Shown here: piece after piece, positions 37,001 through 48,723 of the stretch
Layout of the letters: each line of letters starts with the position of its first letter
Position numbering within the stretch: position 1 is the first letter of the stretch
From: Intoshia linei
Lineage: Eukaryota > Animalia > Orthonectida
DNA length: 49,523 nt
Direction: 5' to 3'
Assembly: GCA_001642005.1 (NCBI GenBank)
Contig: LWCA01000129.1
Span: 1-49,523, forward strand
Made by a program: the position numbers and the translations under genes
Notes under the pieces: model-generated
Database searches by the model: none
Told to the model about the DNA's origin: nothing
What the model saw: only the letters and a program-made list of their open reading frames with translations

Positions 37001-37913
37001 TAACACAAATCGTAGATTCGTTAAAATTAGCAAACATGGAATTTCGCTTGTTTTCGTCTTGCATTCTTCGAGATTCACACTTGTTGATACGTACAAACAT
37101 TTCAAGAGTCAGCTCAAAGCAATACTTTCTCCACAATTCTATAAGATAAATTTGATGTCTACATTCTATAATTAATTTGAATAATCTTTTCCACAACACA
37201 TCGGATGGCATATGATATAAACAAGATTTAAACCAACAAAGAAATAAGTTCTCCAGCATGGAATTTACCAGATTGGATTCTTCAAAAACTTTGAAAATTG
37301 AATTGGATTGAGAACGAAGCTGTGGAAAATATGGTAGTGTAAGAATATTATTACAAGAGTCAATTTGAAAATGCAACAAACTAACCCATGTCAGTTGTGG
37401 TGTGGTACAAGTCACGAGGGAGTAAATTACTTCAACAATTTTATTGCAGAGTGAAATATGTTTTTTCAAATTTTCAAGTTCAGAGTCTTTTAAACATTGA
37501 TAAATATGTTTTCGCATGTTAAAAACTACTGGTAAGTTATCTAAAATAGTGTTTAAATATTTATTTCTGTCTTGAGATATAACTTTTGGTAAATTCTCGT
37601 CAGTGTTTTTGCAAATGGCGTTTATCCACATTATATAAATATTAACGCATTCACTTAAAGTATTTATTTCTGTTAATTGTAAAGACAGTCCAAAATTTAT
37701 CACCTCCATCACCCAGTTCACTTCTTTTTCAGTTTTCAAATTCCTCAACAAACGGAAATTATCATCGCATAACGAATCTACAATAGTACATGCTACATTC
37801 TGACCAATATAATAAGGAAATAAAGATAACACTGTGATTTGGTTAGTTATTATTGAGTTTTCCTGTTCTTCGTTTGGTAGCGAAGATTCTCCAAACCTTT
37901 CGGATCTCGGCAT
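31027..37913 (-). CDS. RALGAPB: Ral GTPase-activating protein beta subunit, spliced; internal 3' exon structure only partly resolved
   Basis: First exon 37913-34770 (VLSLFPYYIGQNVA, LKTEKEVNWVMEVINFGLSL..CVNIYIMWI). Downstream exons read FRHYVIDEDIII (~34731), VIIRNENGRFEW (~34200) and KFWIFFNSIG (~31870), ending with EKRSNLIFKIIQKF...NCILN* (stop at 31027), matching the RALGAPB layout. Confidence 0.85.
31983..32677 (+). mobile_element. 695-bp Buster-like hAT deletion derivative inside a RALGAPB intron
   Basis: TIRs (A)AGTGGTTTTCAAC / GTTGAAAACCACTG. Degenerate TSD CTATAGAG / ATATATAG. Plus-strand remnant LLLSFP*TYLCEAGF..IKTK..NRLNLKDDMR..LPRI..QPQISH at ~32270-32460. Confidence 0.88.
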
Positions 37914-37995
37914 TGTGTCAAATAAAATGTAAACTATATTATTAGATTCAATAGCAACGTTTTATATCTATATAAACTTTATAATAAATTATATA

Positions 37996-38585
37996 CATGA
38001 TAATTCCTCGTTAATGGAATATTTGGCCATGAAAAAAAATCTCATTCCGTTAACTAAGTATTTTATAGAGAAAGATTCTATTTAAGGAACATTTTTATAA
38101 ATAATGTATACATTAATAAATAATAATGGAAAAATAAAAATATTTTGATTATCATTCCATATAATAATAATCAACCATTATTATCATCATTAATCAAAAA
38201 TCTTTCGATAAGTTTTGTAAAATAAATTTTAATTCCAATAATTAGGTTCTCATTAATTATAAATTTTTTTATAATTTTTTTTGATTTGATCTGATTTTGA
38301 TTTTTTTTTAATATCTGAAACAATTGACGATGCAAGACCATACTTTTAACAGAAAATTTTTGTTAGTGTATTTTGATATCATCTAACAGTTGTTTTTCTT
38401 TAATTTATAGAATATTATTTTCTGTTTTAATATTATATTTTAATTTTTAGTATATAAATTGTATTCTGTGACAGAAAATAAAATTTTACGTAATTAATTC
38501 TTTTAATTTGAAAAAAAAGTTTTAGTATCATTTAACTGAATTTTTTTCCGTTAACGAGGAATTCCCTTAAATAGGAATTAGCATG
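37996..38585. mobile_element. 590-bp TA-flanked MITE (Tc1/mariner-type target site)
   Basis: TA|CATGATAATTCCT ... AGGAATTAGCATG|TA, plus subterminal inverted blocks AATTCCTCGTTAA / TTAACGAGGAATT and CTATTTAAGG / CCTTAAATAG. Confidence 0.75.
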
Positions 38586-38621
38586 TATCTATGGTAATCT
38601 TGCAATACTTTGCCATTTTCA

Positions 38622-38800
38622 TAGCCGAACATAGCAACTTGAGGTCACCCAAAAATTAGTCAACAAAGGCTATCTACGACTCTTGAGTAGACGTTTAAAT
38701 TTAAGATACAAATATAATATATTCTCGAGAATAATTTTTTAAATGCTCAATTTGGTAAGAGCAGGGCCGGAAGAGGGTATCGGTACGGTATGTTCGATGC
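38622..38800 (-). repeat. Diverged inverted copy of the 44423-44668 element
   Basis: Blocks GAAGAGGGTATCGGTACGGTATGTTCG, GTTTAAATTTAAGATACAAA and CCGAAC..AGGTCACC.AAAATT align with the reverse complement of 44423-44668. Confidence 0.7.
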
Positions 38801-39268
38801 TGGCCGTACTATTTGTTTTATAAATATTTTATTTGAAAAAAAAATTATTTAAAAAATGATTGTACAATCTAATATTAATCCATGAATGGCCATTGCTCAA
38901 TGTCCATAGACGAAACACTTTTTTGTCACATCACCAGGTAAAACATGATTCATATTCCGAACAAATCGAAAATTATTTTAGATAACGGTGTTCCGTTAGA
39001 TAAAAAAAGTTGAAGAGCACTGCTGTAACACAATATTTTATTATTATAAACTATGTTGTGTAACAAATAATAAAGAAGTATACAATTAATATTAAATTTA
39101 TTTCGTATACGGTCCATTAGTTCCATTGCCATTCGATGAAAATATATCAATTTTAAAATTAACTGCAACTTTTTTCATCTTTTGTAAAGGTATACTCTTG
39201 AATATTTGATTCTAAAAGTATAATGAATCAATATAACAAATTAAACACTAGATACGTAAAAATGATTA

Positions 39269-42200
39269 TTAAAAAATTACATCATTAATATCAAAATTTT
39301 GCTTAAATTTTTGTAACACATTCAATTTTTGTAATCTGATTTTACGCTTTTCTTCAACATCATGAATTCTTTTCCAATAGGAATCAAAGAGAATAGTATT
39401 TGTTTCAATCATTTCAGTGAACATTTCTTCTTCTGATTTTTGTTGATCAGAATTTGTAGTTAAACTAAAATTTCTATATAGGGGTTTAAATTTAAGAGAT
39501 TTTTTATCATCGTTTAGACTAACTCTCCTGTTCAAACCCAGAGTTCGTAAAATTGATATTATGGCAATTAACCGCCTTGGTTTCTTCCAGGCTCTCCTTT
39601 CTCCTTGACTTAAAGAATAAATATTTGTGGCATCAATATATGGAACAATATCTGTGGGTAATATGAACTTATTTATTTTAAAAAATTTGAATTTATTTCC
39701 TTCTTTATTTGGAACATTTAAATTTTTTATTTGACCATGAAAACGGGAAATATTCCATTGGTTCGGTTGGCCTATTATACCTACGTACAAGCCATTTATT
39801 GTCCAAACACGAATAGAACAATCTTTAGATGAAGTTATAACATATTTTGGATTTTTTTTACAATCTTGATAAGATTTCACAATTAAATCCATATTGTCAT
39901 TAATTTTTAAATCACTCACAGGGTCATTTGACACGTCTGTGTTTTTTTCTAGTTTTTCTTCAGACTCACAAAAATCATTGGCAAAGTCAATTGAGTCGAT
40001 GGAATTCACATGAGCTTTAGTAATCGTGAGTATCTTTAAATTATCATTTTCAATATATTCATGTCCAAAATAGGCAGGAGAGTATCCTTTCGTTTGTGTG
40101 AAGCGTTTATTTTTTGATTTAAACCTGGTTTTTCTGGCTTTTATAAATTTATGATATAAATTAACATAATAAAAGTCTAAATCCGCATCAGTTTCAGTGA
40201 GCCTATTACTATACTTATTTACATTCGTTATATCAATTTTACTTACACCTTCATGATTTTTATTGATTGCCGATTGAATGAAATTTCGGTCAGGTGTTTC
40301 ATAATGCAGTTTAAAGTTATACAATTTTTTGTTTCTGGCTGACTGAGATTTTTGATTATGGTTCAGATCAAACATAGATATCTTTTTTGATGTCGTTTTA
40401 AATTGTAATCGTTTTATGTGGGTATATAGTGGTTTTACATTGACAGAGTATACTTGAAAGTAGCCATCAAGAGTCCCTGTGAATAAAAGTTTGGATTTTT
40501 TGTTGAAATTTGAAGAAACAATTATTCTACTTTGTAAAATTTTAATTATTTTATTATAATTTTCGAGTTGCTTTTCTTCCAACGAGTTGATATTTTCTTG
40601 CGATAGTGAGTCAAAACCATCCGGATAAGGTCTATAAATCCAAAGAGAAGTAAATTTTTTATTTATGAAAATATTATCACACATAGAAAAACATTGTATA
40701 TATCCATTTTGATAAGTCACTATGATAAAGAAAGTACAATTTTTTAAATTAGATCTTTCATCATCAATTTCTTCACATTTGTCATCTTCTAAATTAAAGG
40801 AATGTATGCCAATGACACTCGTTTCATGTTTTAGATTTAGTTCTTGTTTCAGTGAATATGTTTCGATAAGAGATGTCTTTGATCCTGACATTATATTTAA
40901 CCTAAAAACATCCAAATTGCTGTTTCTATACCCCACACACATTATTCGTTCGCCAATAGAGGCAACACACGTCATTTCAACTCTATCGTAGGGTCCATTT
41001 AATTTTTGCGGTTCATGTTTAGATAAATTATTCAATTGTTCGTAGTTTTTTAGAGAATGTAGATAAACTGAATTTTCGTATAGTAATAAAACATAATCCA
41101 GAGTAAAAAACTTTGTACACAAAGGAAAATCTTGATTTGAAACTACCAATTTATATAAACAATTTCCATTGTGAAAATTCCATATTTTAGCATAACCATC
41201 TGTACCACTGCTTATTAACCTTCTCCACATTTTATCCAACGATAAATGTGTAACTTCTGATGAAGATCTAATGAGGGCTTTTTTACCGGTTCGATAGTGA
41301 CCTCGAAACTGCATAACTAAGCTTGCAGTGTTAAACGCCCATACACAAATTAAACCATCACTGGAACCCGATATAATTTGATTAAATAGCGGGTTATATA
41401 CAATACAATTGATGGGATAATCTAAAGTTTTCAAAGAATGAATCGCTTCTAATTTTTTAAAAACACCCAACTGTTTTCCGCACACTGACAAAACACGATG
41501 AAAATTATCATAGTCAATTAAATGAATACCATCTTGAACGTTTTTAATTTTTAATAATTCTTTTGGCTTTTTCGACCTCAAAACAGTTTTATATTCATTG
41601 TTGGTTCTATTCGGTTTGGCAATACCTAATGTTCCCATTTCAAGTTTTGGAATTTTGGAATTTTTACTAAAAGAAACAATTAACGATTGCATCAATTGCT
41701 GTGTGTGCAAACTTCGGACGTGAATTTCATTTTTATCGGATAAAGTAAAAATGAGAGTTTCATCATATGTAATTTGCATATCAAGTATACTGCAATTTAT
41801 AAAATCTTCTATGATAACCAAAGGAGGCATTTTATTTATTGTTGGATTCCAAATACGCAGTTTACCATCATACCCACCAGTTATAATCATATTCATTTTT
41901 TCACAAAGCTGAAAAACGTTTATACCCTTGTGAACATTAAGAACTAGGATGGCACGATTGTCATTTTTAGTTGAAATATTTTTCTGAGAATTGGAATAAT
42001 TCAAATTATTTATAAAATTTATGTCAATCACTAATAATGAATTTATATTCTGTTTGCAACAGCATGCAAGACCCTGTAGAGTTGGTAGACGACGAAGTCC
42101 TCTCATCCAGGTAATACCAAAATCGCAAATACTGCTAGTTTTTATGCCATAAATTGCACCTAATTTTATTTGAGTAAAAGAAATTTGAATTAAATTATTT

Positions 42201-43672
42201 GAATTAGGGAAAATTCTAGTTTGACTAACAAAGGTTTTAAAGGTAATGGAAATTACTTTCCCATATATGTCTCCTACGTAAATAGAATAATATCCTGGCA
42301 GTGTATACATGTTGCCTTTACTTACGTTCAACCCGTTTTGGTTGGATATGTGCAAGTCGTGTCCTTTTGTAATGCAATAAGGCATTTCTGGCAACATGGA
42401 AATTGTGTTCAATTGTCTGAGACCCATGGAAGAATATTGGACAAATAATAGTTGTCTGCGGGTAGTGGAAATTGCAATTATTTGAGAATTTTCAATATAA
42501 TGACAATCTGTTATATGAGAAGTGCATTTAGAATCTGGTTGTTTTAACATCAATGTACCTTGGAGGTTCAATGTTTTTTGCATCCAGACACACAATACTC
42601 CTGACTCACTAATAGTTACCATATAGTCGAAATTTGAAATTTGGGAAGAAATACAATCCTTTGAAACTTTACTTTCGTTTTTGGTGTATAAATAAACTAT
42701 ACCAGCAATTTTTTGTTTATGGGGAAATTCACTATTAGTGAAAGTTTCAGAAAAGACATTGTTTTGATGTTGTTGCATATTATCTCTTTCCTTAAATTCT
42801 AGCATCATATATGTTATATATTCTTCCCAGTCCACTTGTCCGTCACAATTTATATCAACCTAAAAATTAATTAACGGGAATAATGTAACTATGCCTTAAT
42901 TATTAATTGTATTTAATATGCCCAATAAAAAATATTCACTTTTTCAATTCTACCGATTAATAAATAAGTAATTTATCCTGTTTGCTCTATTAAATGTAAT
43001 TATTATTATAATATATGATTGTTCATTTAACTCTATTGTGACAATATCAATCAATCTTTCCAAATGACTACATTTATTTAATTAATTCTTTATCTGGTAT
43101 ATAACTTGACTGGATTGTTAGATTACTGTCTATTTTAATATAACGTGATGAATCATAATAATTGATTCGAGTTTTTCAGCAAAATAAAAGCCCATTAATT
43201 GTAAAGTTACATCAAACTGTATGGCAATTAATTTTAGATTTATAATAATCAAAATTAACCTTCATAAAAATTTCATCAATTTCTTGGTACGTCAATGTAT
43301 TGGAAACAGCACATTTGAAAGCATTACGGAATTCATAAATATCTACAATAATAAAATATAAAAATTTCTAAATCATCTAAAAATATTTCTTAAAATTTAA
43401 ACCTTAAATGAATCACCATCATATTGTGTTGAGCAACATAAATTAATAATAATTACGATTAATCTATATTCCATATTCTCATAATTTCTTTGAGTGTCAA
43501 AACACAAAATGATTAAATACCTATAAGATAAGTCTGACTTTGTTGACTCAATTTAATATTTAAAAATACCTAATCCTCCGCCCTTATCACTGTCCGATTT
43601 TTGAAAAATGTCTTGTAATGCTTTTAATCGTTCTTCGGTTAGTTCATTGTCTATATTTTTTTTTGATGACAT
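39269..43672 (-). CDS. EF-hand plus WD40-repeat protein, WDR49/EFCAB8/WDY-like (likely cilia-associated), 3 exons
   Basis: Exons 43672-43570, ~43343-43261 and 42859-39269. N-terminal EF-hand-like FQKSDSDKGGGLDIYEF and FMKVDINCDGQVDWEEYITYM are followed by WD repeats (ITGGYDGKLRIWNP, ISGSSDGLICVW, RRLISSGTDGYAKIWNFHNG, ITSSKDCSIRVWTINGLYVG). Confidence 0.85.
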
Positions 43673-44422
43673 TAAATAAAATGTTTTATTTTTGTATAAT
43701 ATTTTATTCTGCGTTAAAAATTTAATTTTTATTACTATTAAATAAAACACAGTTAGAATCAATATATTTATATATTTTTCTGGGATACGTCACGTTCAAT
43801 CAATATATTATTTATATGATAATGTGAATTCTTTAATTCATACTATCTCTTGAATAGAATAAATAATTGTAATGTTAATTTATTTGTCAAGATTAAACTT
43901 TAAATTTTAAGAAATTATGCAAATTTTTCAATTATATATCAATACAAACAATAAATAATATTGTGATGGTAAAATCTTTATCATAAAAAGTATATCTTTA
44001 CATTTGTGTTGGAAACTTTCATACACATACAGTTTTTCTTTATTTTAATAATGAATGTTAGTACTTTTAGTAAATTATCCAAAGTTTTTAAAAATTAAAC
44101 TCCCACAATAGCAGCGTACCATTGGATCTATCATAAAGATGTCTTCTCAGAATGACACATTATTCACTACACGATTGTTCTGACACCCAAAAATAGCATA
44201 TTATTTACTATATCTAATTATTTTAGTGTCAATTTCATTATAAACTATTTTATTTTTGCCGATTTACTGTTTCCCCAAGTCAGATAGTCTGACTATCAAA
44301 TAGGGACAATAATATTCTGTCAAGTGTTTATTTTAGTGAAACCCAAAACTCATTAATTTTATAATGACAATACAATTAAGCAGAAAAATAAAGATATTCC
44401 AACCAGACACGAGCTAAAGATT

Positions 44423-44668
44423 AGAACCGAACCTACCGTACCGAGAACCCTCTTCGAGGCTTCAATGACATTTTTGTAAAATGGAGGGGGCATTTTTCCA
44501 AATTGAATATTTCAAAAAATTATAGTTTTGAATGTCATAACTATTTTGTGTCTTAAATTTAAACAGTCCAGTCAAGAACCGTGAAGGTGGCACCACACAT
44601 AGTTTTCAAATTTATTTAGGGCCTCATTTTAATTTTCTGGTGGCCTGAAACATATAACGTTCGGTTCT
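44423..44668 (+). mobile_element. 246-bp MITE-like element
   Basis: Inverted ends AGAACCGAAC / GTTCGGTTCT. A second copy lies at ~38622-38800. Confidence 0.65.
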
Positions 44669-44949
44669 TGTAGGAACGATATCATATTTGTACTTTATCT
44701 GTTTTATTCTGTTCTGTTTTGTAAATTTTTGAAATACATTTTCCTATACATACACTTTATATTTTAATTATTTAAAAATTGAAGTTCAAAATTTAAACTG
44801 TAATTTTATTATAATTACGGTTATTAAATTTTTAGTTTCATTCATAATTTAAATCATTAGTTCTAGGAATCTAGAAGAATTTTAGATACAATATTTTTAA
44901 ACAGAAGATAATAAACTTACTATTCATTTTATAAAAATTTATTTATTTT

Positions 44950-44955
44950 CACGTG
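44950..44955. promoter_or_regulatory. CACGTG E-box 23 nt upstream of the IleRS ATG
   Basis: Motif seen in sequence; function inferred. Confidence 0.3.
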
Positions 44956-44978
44956 TGATAAATAGAAAAATCTTATTC

Positions 44979-47900
44979 ATGGCTGAGTTGGTTCGTGAAT
45001 TCAACACAGGCGATTCATTTTTTCCGAAAATGGAAAATGAAATTATGAAATTATGGGACGATAACGAGATTTTTAAGAAAAGTCAAAAATATTCACAAGA
45101 AAGAAAAAAAAAGTAAAAAAATGCATATTTAATTAAATTTTAATTGTAGTTATATATTTTATGATGGACCGCCATTTGCTACTGGATTACCTCATTATGG
45201 AAATATTCTGGCTGGTATTGTAAAGGTAATATAATGAATATTATTACATCATTGTGTTCATAATTTGATATTATATTTACAAAATTAAATCAATAATTGG
45301 AACTATTCCATTAGTAAACTATTTCAACAGACACAGATATTAGTATTCTTACATTAAATTTGCCATTTGAATTCAATGGATATCTTATTTTTTAATCATC
45401 ATTAATTTCCGTTTCAAATATTTCATGAATATATTCATTGTAATTTTGCTTATATAAAATTGGATGTCTATTTATTTTTTTTATTTTAAAACTTATTTTA
45501 TTAACAATGAATATTATCAATGTAAAACAAAAATTTTTTACAATGAATTGTAAAATTTGATAAAATAACCCCTAGCTATACTGTATAATTATTTTTTTGA
45601 TGTTTATTTAATTTAGGATGTTGTTACAAGATGGTTTTATCAAAAAGGATTCAAAGTTGACAGGCGTTTTGGATGGGACTGTCACGGTCTACCTGTGGTA
45701 ATAAATGTATGATATTGTAAATTTTATATTTGTTAGGAGTATCAATTGGATAAATCTCTCGGAATAAAAGGACCGGAAGATATTGAAAAAATGGGGATTG
45801 CCAACTACAATAATAAATGTCGAGGAATTGTTATGAAGTATAATAAAGAATGGGAATTTATTGTAAAAAGAATTGGAAGATGGATTGATTTTAAAAACGA
45901 TTACAAAACAATGTATTGTTCTTACATGGAATCAGTTTGGTGGATATTTAAGGAAATGTACAACAAGGGACTCATCTATTGTGGTTATAAAATTATGCCA
46001 TTTTCTACTGGTTGTTGTACTCCTCTATCCAATTTCGAAGCTGGACAAAATTTTAAAAATGTTCAGAACAATTCTATATACGTGTCATTTCCTCTCGTTA
46101 AAAATAATGATACCAGTTTTATTGCTTGGAGTACGACAACTTGGACTTTTCCTAGCCAGTTAGCAATGTGTGTCAATCCAAAGCATACATACGTTACATT
46201 ATTCGACAAAAAGAAAAATCATAATTTTATTATAACAGAAAATAGAGTGTCTCATTTGTATAAAAATGAAGATGACTACACCATAATTTCCAAATGTATA
46301 GGTAAAGAACTAGAAAATATGGAATACGTTGAGATATTCAATTATTATTCGGAAAAAAGGAAAAATGGCGCTTTCAGAATTTTAGTTGATAACTATGTAA
46401 GTGATGACGCAGGAACTGGCATTGTTAGCCAAGCACCATATTTTGGAGAAGATGACTACAGAGTTTGTTTGGCTAACAAAGTAGTTAATGCAGCTGATAA
46501 GCCAATTTGTCCATTAGATTTTTGTGGTCGTTTCGTGGAACCCATTGATGATTTTGTTGGTGTTTATATAAAAGATTCTGAAAAAGGACTTATAAAAAAT
46601 ATTAAAGACAAAGGTAGACTTTTTAAAATAGAAAGCATAAATCACGCTTACCCGTTTTGTTGGCGTTCGGACACTCCTTTAGTGTATAGATCTATCCCTA
46701 GTTGGTTTGTTAATGTTACTTCTATCAAGGATAACTTATTAAAATCTTTAGAAGATGTATACTGGGTTCCGGAAAATGTAAAAGAAAAAAGATTTGGAAA
46801 TTGGCTGAGAGATTCAAGGGACTGGGCTATATCCAGAAACAGATATTGGGGAAACCCAATTCCAATTTGGATCAGTGAAGACGAAGAGGAAGTGGTCTGT
46901 ATAGGATCTTTAGAGGAACTGGAAAAATTGTCAGGAGTATCTGGTATAACAGATATGCATAGAGAATTTATTGATCATATAACTATTCCTTCTAAACGAC
47001 CGGGTAAACCTCCCTTGAAGAGAATTTCACACGTGTTTGACTGTTGGTTTGAAAGCGCATCCATGTTTCTGGCCCAAAAGCACTATCCATTTGAAAATTC
47101 TCAAGATTTGAATTCTTTCTTTCCAGCAGATTTCATAGCGGAGGGAATCGACCAAACTAGAGGGTGGTTTTATACCTTGATTGTAATTTCCACAGCATTG
47201 TTTGGAAAGTCATGCTACAAAAATGTAATTGGACATGGACTAGTATTGGCGGAGGATGGTCAAAAAATGAGTAAAAGTAAAAAAAACTATCCAGATCCTT
47301 TGATTATATTAGATACGTACGGAGCGGACGCACTCAGATTGTACTTGGTTAATTCTCCTGTGGTGACTTCACAAAATTTAAGATTTAACGAGTCTGGCAT
47401 ACACGGTATTGTAAAAGAAGTTTTGATACCAATGTACAATACATATCGGTATTTGATGCAGAACATTGTTCAACTCAAGGAGCAGTATAATATAGATTAT
47501 GAATACGCCCCAAGTGAAGATTGCCCTTCGAATTACATGGATAAATGGATGATATCGATGCTTCAAAGTTTAATAAAAGATACTGATGATAACATGAGTA
47601 AATATTTATTAGCAGAAGTTTTGCCTAATTTGCTTTCGTTTTTTGATAACTTTTCCAAACTATACATAAACATGAATAAATACAGAATGATAGGAAAAAC
47701 TACAAAGGATGATCAATTAAATGCAATTAATACTCATTTTACTATTCAATACAATTTAAGCATTATTATGGCTCCTTTTGTTCCTTTTATTTGTGATCAC
47801 ATTTATCAAGGATTGTCAAAGTTTTGTAAAAAAGACATTTATGATTGTGATACCAGTAGTGTTCATTTTTTGCCAATTCCGAACTCTAATATTTATTTGA

Positions 47901-48679
47901 CTGACAAAGTTATCGAACGACAGGTAAAATTGATGAATAATGTTATTTATTTGGGTTTGAAAATTCGAACGATTAAAAATATTCGAAGACGAATGCGTTT
48001 GAAAGGTATGATTGTAATTGTGCGCAATGAACAAGAAGTTGAGGATTTGAATATTTTAATAGAGTATATTCGAAAAGAATTGAATATAGAAGAACTGACC
48101 ATTTCGAGCGATCGGAAAAAATACAAAATTGATATTTCTATTAATCCTAATTTTAAAACTCTTTCTGTAGACTTTAAGCTACAAATGAAAGGAGTTACCG
48201 CAGCTATAAGAGGAATGGATATCAATACCATTGAAAAATTTGTAGAGGGTGATGAAGTCGTTCAAATTGGAGAATACAAGGTTAAACGCGATCAGATATT
48301 GATGAATTTAAAATATAACGGTAACACAAGTAACTGCCAAAAATATGTAGCAGATTCTCATCAGAACATGATTGTATTACTTGATACAAGTGTTACTGCT
48401 GAAAATGTTGACAAATCTCTTGCCTCTGAAATTTGCCACCGAATACAGAAATTAAGAAAAATTTCAAAAATTCTCCCTACAGATAATATCATTATTTATT
48501 TCAAAGGTGATAACGAACTTTTGAAGATATTTAATCAATATAATTCTTATATTAGCGAAACTGTTGGAAAACCAGTAAAATTAGTCCATAAAAATTTCAT
48601 GAATGATAAAAAATTAATATCAAATCAATTTGAAATTAATTCTTCTACTTTCGATTTATTCATAGAAAAATGTTATTAA
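44979..48679 (+). CDS. IARS1: Cytosolic (eukaryote/IleRS2-type) isoleucyl-tRNA synthetase, 4 exons
   Basis: Exons 44979-45112, 45150-45225, 45617-45697 and 45737-48679. Motifs [82 protein letters not shown]. Confidence 0.97.
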
Positions 48680-48723
48680 TTTTATTTATACACGACTAAT
48701 TATAATTACAATAAAATACAAAA

